Below, in pieces: positions 12,161-23,499 of a stretch of 64,000 nucleotides of DNA. The position numbers and the translations under genes were made by a program. The stretch is from positions 620,001 through 684,000 of the forward strand of contig NW_027590186.1 of NCBI RefSeq assembly GCF_964213995.1. The letters run 5' to 3'. This DNA is from Mustelus asterias (lineage: Eukaryota). Numbering within the stretch: position 1 is the stretch's first letter; each line of letters opens with the position of its first letter. The notes beneath the pieces were generated by a model that was given only the letters and a program-made list of their open reading frames with translations, was not told where the DNA came from and ran no database searches.

Positions 12161-15100
12161 TTTTCTGCAAAAGTTTACCATGGGGAATCTTATCAAACGC
12201 TTAGCTGAAATCCATATACACCACATCGACCGCTTTACCATCATCCACCTCTTTGGTCACCTTCTCAAAGAACTCAATAAGGTTTACGAGGCACGACCTA
12301 CCCTTCACAAAACCGTGCTGACTACCCCTAATCAAATCATTCCTTTCTAGGTCATTATAAATCCTATCTCTTATAATCCTTTCCAAAACTTTCCCCACAA
12401 CATAAGTAAGGCTCGCCGGTCTATAATTACCAGGGTTGTCACTACTCCCCTTCTTGAACAAGGGGACAACATTTGCTATCCTCCATTCTTTTGGCATTGT
12501 TCCTGTCGACAACGACGACACAATGATCAAAGCCAAAGGCTCTGCAATTTCCTCTCTAGCCTCCCAGATAATCCTAGGATAAATCCCATCCTGCCCAGGG
12601 GACTTATCTATGTTTTCCCTTTCCCAAATTGCTAACACCTCCTCCTTATGAACCTCAATCCCGTCCAGTCCAATTTCTCAACATTTCTCAACCCCGATCT
12701 CCCTGCCTTTCCCGTCAACGTTGATCCCTTTACCATGCAAGAACATAGCTTTCTCTGCCTTTAATGCACTCAATGACCTGGCCTCCAAAGCCTTATGTAG
12801 CAAATCATTCTACAGACTCACCACCGTCTGGCTGAATAAATTCCTCTTTATCTCCGTTCTAAAGGTTCATCACTTCAATCTGAGGTTGTGCCCTTGGTTC
12901 CTAGTATCTCCAACTGATAGAATTATCTTTCCCACTTACTCTCTAATAAATGTTTTTCAGTATTCTGTCAGTTTTAATTCGAAACCACTCCCCACCCGCC
13001 ATCCCTCAAATTCTCCTCATACGTCAAGCCTTTCAATCCTGGGATATTTCTCGTGAACATGCTCTGGACCCTCTCCAAGACCAGCACATCCTTCCTTAGA
13101 AACGGAGTACATAATTGCCCACATATTCCAAATGTGGTCTGACCAGAGACTTATAAAGCCTTGGCAGTACACCCCTGCTTTTGTATTCTGTCCTCTCGAA
13201 ATGAATACCAATATTGCATTTGTCTTTCTAAAATACCAACTTAACTTGCAAGTTAACCGAATCAATTCCTCCACTATCTTTTGTCCCCCCTTACTGATTC
13301 TCCAGCGTCATTTCCTGCGGTCCAATGACCACTCGTGTCTCTCCATTTCCCTTTCTATATCTAAAGAAAAGCTTGCAATCTTATTTTATATTACTGGCTA
13401 GCACACACTCAGATTGTATCTTCTCTCTCCTTGTTTCGTTTTCCTCTGTTGGTCTGTAAAGGATTTCCACTCCGCTGGCTTCCCATTTGTCTTTGCGACA
13501 TTGTATGCTTTATCTGTTGCTTTTATGCTGTCCTTGTATATCCTCGTCAGCCATGGTTGCCTCGTCCTTCCCTAAGTATGCTTCTTCTTGTCATGACATT
13601 TTGCTGTGTCTCCCGAATTACGCCCAGCAATTCCTGCCATTACTGCTCCACCATCTTTCCTGCTCGGCTTCTCTCCCAATCAACCGCGGACAGCTCAAAG
13701 AACAAATCAAAGAGAAAAGAGCAGTACGGCACAGGAACAGGCCGTTTGGCACACCAAGCCTGCGCCGATCATGATGCCTGCAGAAACTAAAACCGTGTGA
13801 ACTAACAGAGCCCCTATCCTTGCATTCACATCAAATTCATGTATTCGCCGAGAGGCCCTAAAATGCCGCTACCGTACCTTCGCCCACCACCTGCCCGTGC
13901 AGTCCCCAGTAACGGGGACAAAAAGATAGCGGAGGAATCCATTATGTAAACCTGCAAGTGAAGTGGTCATTCACCACCCTCGGCGTAAAAAAACGTGCCT
14001 CACACGTCTCCTCTAAACTTTTCCCCATGCACCTTTAACATATGTTCTCTCGTACATGACTGTTCTACCGAAGGTAGGAGGATCTGTCTATCCACTTTGT
14101 CCATGCCACTCATAATCTTGTAAACCTCTATCAGGTCGCCCCTCAACCTCCGTCGTTCCAGTGAGAACAAATCGAGTTCATCCTATCTCTCCTCAGAGCT
14201 AACACTTTCCACACCAGGCAACATCCAGGAAAAAAACTCTTCTGTACTCCCTGCAAAGCATCCACATCCTTCTGGTTGTGTGGTGACCAGATTTGTACAC
14301 AATGTTCCAAATGAGGCCTAAATAACGTTCTGTACGGCTGCAGCATGACCTGCCATTTTTATACTCAATTCCCCGACCGATGAAGCCCAAAGAACAAAGA
14401 ACAAATAAAATTTCAGCACAGGACCAGGCCCTTCGGCGTTCCAGGTCGGCAACGACCATGCTGCCCGACTGAACTAAAGCACCCCACACTTGCGGGAACC
14501 ATATCCCTCTATTCCCATCCTATTCATGTATTTGTCAACATGCTCTATGCATTCTTGACTATCTTATTGACCTGCCTTACCAGTTTCAGTGATCGGTGGA
14601 CATGTTCGCCCAGATCTCTCTACCTGTCAATACTCCAAATGGTTCTACCATTTACTGTATAATTCCTACATGTTTGGACCTTCCAAAATGCATGATCTCA
14701 CATTTGTCCGGATTTAACTCTATCTGCCATTTCTCTGCCAATGTCTCCAACACATCTATATCTTCCTGTATCCTCTGAATCTGGTGAAAAAAAATCTCTC
14801 TCTCAATTTTAACAAAATGAAGGAGATTGTCATCGACTTCAGGAAGCATTGAGGCGACATGCCACTATCCACATCAACGGGGACGAAGTAGAAATAATCG
14901 AGAGATTCAGGTTTTTAGGTCTCCAGATCACCAACAGCATGTCCTATTCCCCCCATGCCTTAACTACAGTTAAGCCCACCTCTACTTTCTCAGAAGACTA
15001 TTTGGCATGTCAGCTACGAGTCACATCAATTTTTACAGATGCACCATCGAAAGCATTCTTTCCGATTGTATAACAGCTTGGTATGGTTCCTGCTCTGCCC

Positions 15101-16740
15101 AAAACCGCAAGAAACGACAAAACATCGTGAATGTAGCATTTCTGGGTGTCCGGATCATGGACAACCTGTCTTGATCCCTGCATGCCGATGCAATGGTTAA
15201 GAAAGAAGGCTAAGGAAATTTAGCATGTCCGCTACGACTCTTAACAATTTTTAAGAAGCAATCTTTCTAGTTGTATCACAGCTTGGCATGACTCCTACTC
15301 TGCCCAAATCCGCAAGAAACTACCAAAGCCCAATCCCTCCCGCAAACCAGCCTCCCATGCACTGACTCTGTCGACACTTCCCGCTGTCTCGGGAAAAGCA
15401 ACCAGCATAATCAAGGACCCCACGCACCCCGTACATACTCAATTTCAACTTCTTCCGTACACAAACGTCTGAGGTCACATACCAACTGACTCAGGAACAG
15501 GTCTTTCTCTGCTACTATCAGATTTTTGAATGAACCTACCTTGCATTAAGTTGATCTTTCTCTGCACCCGAGCTATAACTGTATCACAACATTTTGTAGT
15601 CTCTCGTTTCCTTCTCCATGAACGGTATGCTTTGTCTGTATAGCGTGCAAGAAACAATACTTTTCACAGTGTGCTAATACGTGCGACAATAATAAATCAA
15701 ATCAAATCAAATCAAATCAAAATGCATCTTCTTCACTATCTGCAAATCCACCAATTTTTGTGGACTTTTTGCAAACTTACGAAGAAGACCAGCTACATTT
15801 TCCTCCAAATCATTTATACATACTACGAACAACAAAGGTCCCGAAACTGATCTCTGTGACACACCGCTAGTCACAGCCTTCCATTCGGAAAAGCACCCCT
15901 CTACTGCGACCCTCTGCCTTCTATGACCATGCCAGTTATGAATCATTTGTGCCAGGTCCCATCTGATCCCGTGCGACTTCAACTTCAACCACGAGGTACC
16001 TTGTCAAAGCCTTCACTGAAGTCCACTGCATTTCCCTCATCTTTAATCTTGGTCACTTCCTCAAAAGCTCGATCAAGTTAATGCGGCACGACCTCCCCTT
16101 CACAAAAGCATGTTGCCTGTCACTAGTAGGTCCATTTTCTTTTCAAATGTGAGTAAATCCTGCTGCTTGGAATGTTTTCAAATAATTTCTGTACCGCTGA
16201 TGTAAGGTTCACAAGGCCTATAATTTCCTGGATTATCCCTGCTGCCATTCTTAAACAATGGAACAACATCGGCTATTCTCCAGTCCTCTGGAACTTCACA
16301 TGTAACCAATGAGGATACAAGATGTCTGTCAAGGCCCCTCCCCCCTCATGCTCTGTTGACTTGACTCCACTGAAATACCGTTACATCTGATTCCAGCTGC
16401 TCCCGCTCAAACTACAGGGTTAATTCTATCATAATATGAACACTGTCTCCTTAAGGTTCCTTCATCCTAAGCTCCCATCTCAAGACTGCCTCATTTCACA
16501 TCACCAAATCCAGTATTCCCTGTTTACTAGTGGGCTGCAACACAAGCTGCTCCAAAAATCCATCTTACAGACATTCCACAAATTTATTTTCTTGGGATCC
16601 ACGACCGACCTGATTTTCCCATGAACTCCCCCATGATCACTGTAACCTCGCCTTTCTTACACACCTTTTTTCTCTTCTGGTGTATTTTGTCCCCCACATT
16701 CTGACTGCTGCTCGGAGGCCTCTACATAACTCCCATCAGG
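12160..16740. mobile_element. Mosaic of degraded CR1 (mostly minus) and Rex1/Babar (plus, ~14780-15720) LINE fragments
   Basis: KSPGQDGIYPR...PGNYRP...VVYMDFS at 12201-12638; HLEHCVQIWSP at 14143-14346; (aaatc)n tail at ~15695-15720. Confidence 0.75.
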
Positions 16741-17669
16741 GTCTTTTTTACTTTTGAAGTTCTCCATCTTCAGCCACACCGATTCTATGGCCAGACTTTT
16801 TCTGACCTGCCTGCCACAGCAATCGCAGCGGGCAATGGGCGAATGAGGGAAAGATTGACCTCGGGCAGGATTTTACGGCTTTGGGGCAAGCGAGGCCGTA
16901 AAGTCCTGCCCTGTATCGTCTGACCCTGTATCCTTCCTTGTTGGCAAACTAATTTATTTTCTGCCGAACAAAGCAACGCCACCCCCTCTACCCACCCGCC
17001 TATCTGTTCAATAGGGTGTGTATTTTTGGATATTTAGTTCCCAGACTTGGCCCCCTTGCAGCCACTTCTCTGTGACGCCCACAACATTGTACGCTCAAAT
17101 TTCAATCTGCACTACAAGCTCATTCACTTTATTTTGTAAACTTCGTGCATTCAAATACAACACCATCATTCCTACTTTAACCACCACCTTCTCATTGTCC
17201 TTACGTTATCTGCTGTGCAGCCTACGGGTCATTACAATATCCTGGCGTTGTGCTGAAGACATAACTGTTGTGGTGGGTTTGGTGGTCTCTGTTGAAATGC
17301 CAACATAAAGAAGTATTTAGGAAAATCGATAGTGTGAGATCATCAGGTGAGCAAAGTCATGGAGGGATTAGATCAGGTGAGTGTGAAAATGAGAACTTTA
17401 CCAGATCAGCTGGTGACAGAGGTCAGTGAGCACAAGGATGATGGTAAATGGGACTTGGTGAAAGTTGGAATATGCACAGTGGATTTTGAGATGAGCTTTT
17501 ATTCTGCAGCTTTGTAACTCGGAGGCTGGTCAGCAGAAAACTGGAAAACTTGAGTCGGAAAATGTGACAGCTGGAGTGAGGCAAAGGATGTTTCTGGTGG
17601 TGACAGTAGACAGGATTCATGATGTGCTGGATAGCATAGGAACAGGCCCTCCAAGCCACTGACAATCAT

Positions 17670-18500
17670 GATTTACCAGGTTTTACAGGCTGATTTCGGG
17701 GATGGCGGGACTGCTGTATGAGGAGAGATTGATTAGGGTACGATCCCTTTCGCTGGAGTTCAGATGCATGAGTGGGGATTTCATAGAGACTCATAAAATT
17801 ATAACAGGACTGGACAGGGTAGATGCAGGGAGGATATCCCCGATGGTGGGAGAATCCAGAACCAGTGATCACAGTCTGAGGATTCAGGGTAGACCGTTTA
17901 GGACAAAGATGAGAAGATATTTCTTCACCCAAAGAGTGGTGAGTCTGTGGAATTCATTGGTGCAAGAAGTAGTTGATGCCAAAAATTGAAAGTATTCAAC
18001 TGGTAGCTAGATATAGCACATAGGGTGAATGGAATCAAAGTTTATGGGGACAAAGCAGGATTAGGCTATTGAGTTGGACAATCAGTCATGATCGTAATGA
18101 ATGGCAGAGCAGGTTCGAAGGGCTGATTGGCCTCCTTCAGCTCTTATCTTCTATATTTCTATGTTTCTATAATGCCCTAACTGAACAAAAAAAAAATATA
18201 CTGCTCTTTCTCTGACCGTATCTCTCTATTCCACCACATCCCCTGCCAGTACGTTCCAGGCACCCACCACACTCTGCATGGAAAACCTCTCCAGCACATC
18301 TCCCTTCAACATTCTCCCTCTCACCTTGAACCTGTGCCACCTCGTAATTGACACCTCCACCCTGGGAAATAAACCTTTGACTATCCACCCTGTTTTTTCC
18401 TTTCATCATTTTATAGACATCTATCAGGTCTCCCCTCAGCCACTGTCGTTCCAGTGAAAACAATTCTAGTTTACCCAGCCTCTCCTCTTAAACAACACCC
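17670..18500. mobile_element. Two tail-to-tail CR1 3' fragments (plus ~17670-18166; minus ~18170-18500)
   Basis: YEERL...FFTQRVV on the plus strand; FSLERQWLRGDLIDVYK on the minus strand. Confidence 0.75.
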
Positions 18501-18524
18501 ACGAGACCACGAAATATATTTTTT

Positions 18525-19170
18525 AATTCATTCATTGGGCATGGGCGTTGCTGGGTGACCAGCATTTTAAATTGCTCATTCGCAGTTGCCCTTGAGAAGG
18601 TGGTTGTGAGCCAGCGTCTTGAATCGTTGCAGTCCGTGTGCTGTGGGTTGACCACAATGCCATTTAGCAGGCATTTTCAGTATTTTAACACAGCAACTGC
18701 GATGAACCGATTATATATTTCCAAACCAGGACGTTGAGTGGCTTGGAGGGGAACTTGCAGGTGGTGGTGTCCCTATGTATCTGCTGCCCTTGCCCTTCCA
18801 GGTGGAAGTGGTCTTTGGTTTGGAAGGTGTTTTCTCAGAATCTTGGGTGAATTGCCACAGTGCATCTGGTAGATAGTGCACACTGCTCCTACTGAGCGTC
18901 GGTGGTGGAGGGAGTGGATGTTTGTGGATGTGGTGCCAATCAAGCGGGCTGCTTTGTCCTGGATGGTGTCGAGCTTCTTGAGTGTTGTTGGAGCGGCACC
19001 CATCCAGGCAAGTGGGGAGCATTCCATCACGTTCCTGACTTGTGCCTTGTAGATGGTGGACAGGCTTTGTGGAGTCAGGAGGTGGCTTACTCGCTGCAGT
19101 ATTGCTCGCCCCTGACCTGCTGTTGTCACCACTGTGATTATCTGGTGAGACTTGTTGAGTTCATGGTGAA
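18525..19170 (-). mobile_element. LINE 3' fragment of a distinct CR1/L2-group family
   Basis: LSTIYKAQVRNVMECSPLAW...LDTIQDKAARLI. Related 3' pieces at ~20080-20280, ~26760-27130 and ~36170-36300. Confidence 0.7.
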
Positions 19171-19515
19171 TGGTCGCATCCTGGTGAACCTAATTGCACT
19201 GCCCCCAAAGTTCACTCGTCCTTCAGGTAGTGTGGTGAACAACATTGCACACAATATCCGAAATGTGACCTAACCAATGTTTTATATGGCTGCATGGGAT
19301 ATGGGGTGAGTAATCAGCTCAAGGTGAAATGGTTAATGGCGGGTGTAATCAGTGTGGACCAGCTTCAGGTACAGGAATGGAGTAAATGGACAGGGAACAG
19401 AGATTAAGTGTGGAACTGAAGTCAATGGACTCCATGCTCCCAAAACTGAAATAAGATGGAGAGTAATACTCTGAAACATAGATGACAAATAGAACAAGTG
19501 GACACAGAGACTTAC

Positions 19516-19720
19516 CAGGCACACCAACAATAGCCAGGATTGGATAGTAAAACCCTTGAATAAACCAGAACACAAATTCAATGCGAATTGTTAACGGTAA
19601 CGAACCAAACCAATCTTGAGAAAGGAAGAACAGACCCTCAGCAAAATTCCTGTTCGGTGTTGTAACATTCCAATCCGTTGTTCCCAGATTCTGATCCATT
19701 GTTGGAAGATTCCAATCCAT
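19516..19720 (-). CDS. GPR139/GPR142-like class A GPCR, exon 1 (N-terminus and first part of TM1)
   Basis: MDWNLPTMDQNLGTTDWNVTT...FWFIQGFYYPILAIVGVP ending CCT G|gtaagt. Splicing to 236 gives VGVP-A-NIITIV, the split-TM1 junction of GPR139-family genes. The start is uncertain because the frame stays open up to an ATG at 19885. Confidence 0.85.
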
Positions 19721-20504
19721 TGTTCCCAGATTCTGATCTCTCCTCTCCCTCCCTCTCTCTCCACAGCCGCTGATCTCTGTTAGTGTCGGAGCTGTGGCTC
19801 CCGCTGACTCAATGGGATAACAGATTGAAGAGAATCCCTTATTAATGTAGAGAGAAAATTCTCCAGGCACACTAATCGGATCCATGGAGACTCACATCAA
19901 TTCCAGTCACGAAACAAACAGGTTCACTTAACCCTGTTCAATCCAACACTTTTCATAGCACAATGGAATAGAACATGTACCCAGCCTGGACAATGGTGGA
20001 TGTTCACTGAAAGCAGGACAAGTGGAAATAGTGGAGACATTAGCCATAAACTTTCAATCTTCCTATTTCTTTCAAAATTCATTTCATGGGATGCGGGTGT
20101 TGCTGGCTAATCCCAGCATTTATTGTCCATCCCCAGCAATCCTTAAGAAGGTGGTGGTGAGCTCCCTTTTTGAACCACTGCAGCGTGTCCAGTGGGTACA
20201 AACATAGAGCTGTTAGGGAGGGCATTCCAGGATTTGGACCCAGTGACAGTGAAGGAACAGCTGCCATATTTCGAAGTCAGGATGGTGCGTGCATTTTCCA
20301 ACTGCAGTATTGTGGCTCCTTCCAGGGAGAATTTCCTATGTGTTCGAGCCTGACCCTATGGAGTGTTGAGGTGGTACGAGGAGCCACTCGAGTGTGAGGG
20401 CGCATATTCCGAGCCAGGGGAGGATTGGCAATTGGGCCCAGGAAGGTGCAGTGTGCAGTTGCAGAGTTATGCTGCCTGACCATGTGATAAATATAGTTAT
20501 TTGT

Positions 20505-21160
20505 TTATTGGCAATAAAGCATTTAGAAAGCAGTGGAAGGATCAGACAGAGTCAGCATGGATTTATGAAGGGGAAATCATGCTTGCCAAATCTGTTCAAA
20601 TTATTTGCAGATGTAGCGAGTAAAGTTGGCAAGGGGGAGCCAGTCGATGTAGTATATTCGAACTTTCTGAAAGTGTTTAAGAAGTCCCGCAGAAGAGATT
20701 ATCGTGCACGTGGGTTTGGGGAAAGTGTATTAAAATGGATATTACGAAACAAAGAGTATGAATTACTGGGTTCTTTTTTAAATTGGCAGCTCGTAACTGG
20801 TAGGGTGCCAAAGGAATCGTTGCTGGGACCCCAGCTCTTCGCAATATTTCTTAATGATTTGAATGACGGAACAAAATGTAATATGTCAATGTTTACAGAT
20901 GATACCAAGTTGGGTGGGAGGGTGAGCTTTGACGAGGATGCAGAGATCCTTCAGAATGATCTGGACAGGTTGTGTAGTGGGCAAATCAATGGAAGATGCA
21001 GTATAATTTGGATAAATGTCAGATTATTCGCTTTGGAAGCAAAACAAGAAGGCAGAATACTATTTAAATGGCTGCAAATTGGGAGAGGGGAGTGTGCACC
21101 GAGGCCTGGGTCTCCTTGTGCACGAGTCACTGAAGGTAAGCATGCAGGTGCAGCAAACAG
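20505..21160 (+). mobile_element. Degraded CR1 RT fragment
   Basis: SQHGFMKGKSCL...LLGPQLF...FTDDTKLGG. Confidence 0.8.
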
Positions 21161-21164
21161 CAGT

Positions 21165-22190
21165 GTGTGAAAGTGTGTCTCTGTTCGTGAAAGTGTGTGT
21201 GTGTGTCTGTGTGTGTGAGAGAGGAGGGGCGGGGTGAGTGTGGTTGAGTAAGAAAATGGTTGCAATTTCGACAGAGTGGATCAGTGAGTGTGTGTGAGGT
21301 AACTGCTGAGAGAATGTGTGTCTGTGAAAGGCGGAGTGTTTAAGAGCGATACATTGTGCAGACATGTGTGTGCATGTGTGAGAGACTGTGTGCGAGATTG
21401 TGTGGGTGCCAGAGAGAGAGTTGTTGTGAGCGACATTGTTTGAGAGCAAGAGTGTGCATGTGTGAGATAATGTGCAATGGAGCGAGCGTGTGAAAGAGAG
21501 AGAGAGGGAAACATGTGCCTGTGTGAGACAATGCATGTTCAAGTGTGTCTATCAGAGAGATAGTGCATGTGAATGAGTGTGAGACAGAGTGAGCGTGCAT
21601 GGAAGAGGCAATGTGAGAGAGATAGTGCATGTGTGTGTGTGTGTGAGAGAGAGAGAGAATGTGTGCGCGAGAGTATGTGATTGTACTTATGTGAGAGACG
21701 ATGTCTGTGTGTAAGAGTGTGTGTTGGAGTGTGTGCACAAGTCTGTGTTTGTGAGACAATGTTTGTGAGAGAACCAGTGTGTGAGAGCAAGAATGTGAAT
21801 GTGTGAGATAGTGTGTGAAACAGAATGAAATATGTGCGTGCGTGTGAGAGAGAGAGATGCGTGTGCAAGAGGGATTGTGAGAGAACCTGTGTGAATAAAT
21901 GTGAGACAGCTTGAGTATGTGTGAGACGCCGAATGCATGTGAGTATGTGTGTAAGAGAATGTGAGACTGTACTTATGTGAGAGTGTGTGTCTGTGTGTAA
22001 GAGAGAATGTCCGTGGGGGTGTGTGTGCGTGTGAGTGTTTTTGGATATGGGGGTTTGAGAGATTGATTGGGAGAGCGAAAGTATGTATGTAATTGTGTTT
22101 AATAGAGTGTATGTGTAACGTGAGAGATAGATAATGTGTGTGGGTGCGTTAAAGAGAGCGTTTGAGAGATAAAGTAAGTGTGAGTACGTA
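21165..22190. repeat. ~1 kb degenerate (GT)n/(GA)n low-complexity tract; resumes at ~26480-26570 after the LINE
   Basis: Directly visible dinucleotide-rich sequence; it produces the His/Thr/Ser-rich spurious ORFs. Confidence 0.9.
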
Positions 22191-22578
22191 TCTCATTGTT
22201 CCACTGGAGCAAGCTGAGAGGGAGTGATTGGAGACAGCAGTGCTGGTGAGAGAAAAATTTAATTGTTTATTTATTTAATTAGTCAGGTAGTGTGTGTGTT
22301 TTTTTGGCCTTTACTTCTGCAGTAGAATTTTAAGTTTAAAGTGAAAACTGGAAGTGGGCTGCTAAGGAGTCTGGGAAGGGTTTTTTAAGCGCGTGAAGTA
22401 TAAAAGGTAGGCTGCAGTATACGGCGGGCAGCGGCGGGAGCGGGCAGGGAGTGCGTGGGAAGCAGAATGTGAGCTATAAGACTTTGGCTCACAGAGCTTG
22501 GGCAGAAAGGGCGAGCAGGGGTGAGTTTAAATTCATTTCTGCACTTTCTACCTGGTACTGGCAAGGTATCTAGAGGGG

Positions 22579-23499
22579 ATGGGTGTGCAGGCAGTGCTAT
22601 GTTCCTCTTGCACTATGTTTGAGGTGAGAGACGACGACAGTGTCCCTGCTGATTACACCTGTGGGAAGTGCACCCATCTGCAGCTCCTCCAAAACCGTGT
22701 TAGGGAACTGGAGCTGGAGTTGGATGAACCTAGGATCATTAGGGACGCAGAGGTGGCCATAGACAGAAGGAATACAGTTACTCCGAGGAATGAAAACAGA
22801 TGGGTGACGGTGAGAGGGGCTGGGAGGAAGCAGTCCGTGCAGGGATCCCCGGTGGTCGTTCCCCTTAGCAACAAGTATTCCGCTTTGGATACGGTTCAGG
22901 GGGATGACATACCAGTGGTGAGCCGCAGTGAGAGGATCTCCAGCACTGTGTCCGTCTCTGTGGCTCGGGAGGGTAAGGGGCAGAGCGGGAGGGCAATCGT
23001 TATTGGGGGCTCGTTAGTTAGAGGGATAGATAGGAGGTTCTGTGGCAGCAAAAGAGACTCACGGATGGTATGTTGCCTACCGGATGCCAAGGTCCGTGAC
23101 GTCTCAGACCGTGTTTTCCGGATTCTGAAGGGGGAGGGGAAACAGTCACAAGTCGTGGTACACATTGGTACCAACAACATAGGTAAGCGAAGGGACGGGG
23201 ATTTAAAGCAGGAATTTCTGGAGCTGGGCTGGAAGCTGAGAGCCAAGACAAAACATGTGGTCATCTCTGGTACGTTGCCGGTGCCACGTGATAGCGAGTT
23301 GAGGAACAGGGAGAGAGTGCAGTTAAACATGTGGTTGCAGGGATGGTGTAGGAGGGAGGGTTTCAGATACGTGGATAATTGGAACACATTCTGGGGAAGG
23401 TGGGACCTGTACAAACAGGACGGGGTGCACCTGAACCAGAGGGGCACCAATATCCTGGGAGGGAAATTTGTTACGGCTCTTCGGGGGGGTTTAAACTAA
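22579..23499 (+). CDS. CR1 ORF1p (CxxC/CxxC zinc knuckle, coiled coil, SGNH/GDSL esterase domain)
   Basis: 306-aa open frame with CSSC..CGKC, IGGS (GDS motif altered), HIGTNN and DGVH. Confidence 0.88.
   Translation: MGVQAVLCSSCTMFEVRDDDSVPADYTCGKCTHLQLLQNRVRELELELDEPRIIRDAEVAIDRRNTVTPRNENRWVTVRGAGRKQSVQGSPVVVPLSNKYSALDTVQGDDIPVVSRSERISSTVSVSVAREGKGQSGRAIVIGGSLVRGIDRRFCGSKRDSRMVCCLPDAKVRDVSDRVFRILKGEGKQSQVVVHIGTNNIGKRRDGDLKQEFLELGWKLRAKTKHVVISGTLPVPRDSELRNRERVQLNMWLQGWCRREGFRYVDNWNTFWGRWDLYKQDGVHLNQRGTNILGGKFVTALRGGLN

Noticed and set aside
10140-12670. Oppositely oriented CR1 pieces as one twin-primed insertion
   Set aside because: The breakpoints are kilobases apart in element coordinates and no shared target duplication was seen; independent insertions are simpler.
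19349-19885. 178-aa ORF as a complete single-exon gene
   Set aside because: A strong donor at 19515 joins in frame to exon 2; the rest of the ORF is intron read-through.
21060-21938. His/Thr/Ser-rich ORFs
   Set aside because: They are products of the (GT)n/(GA)n tract.
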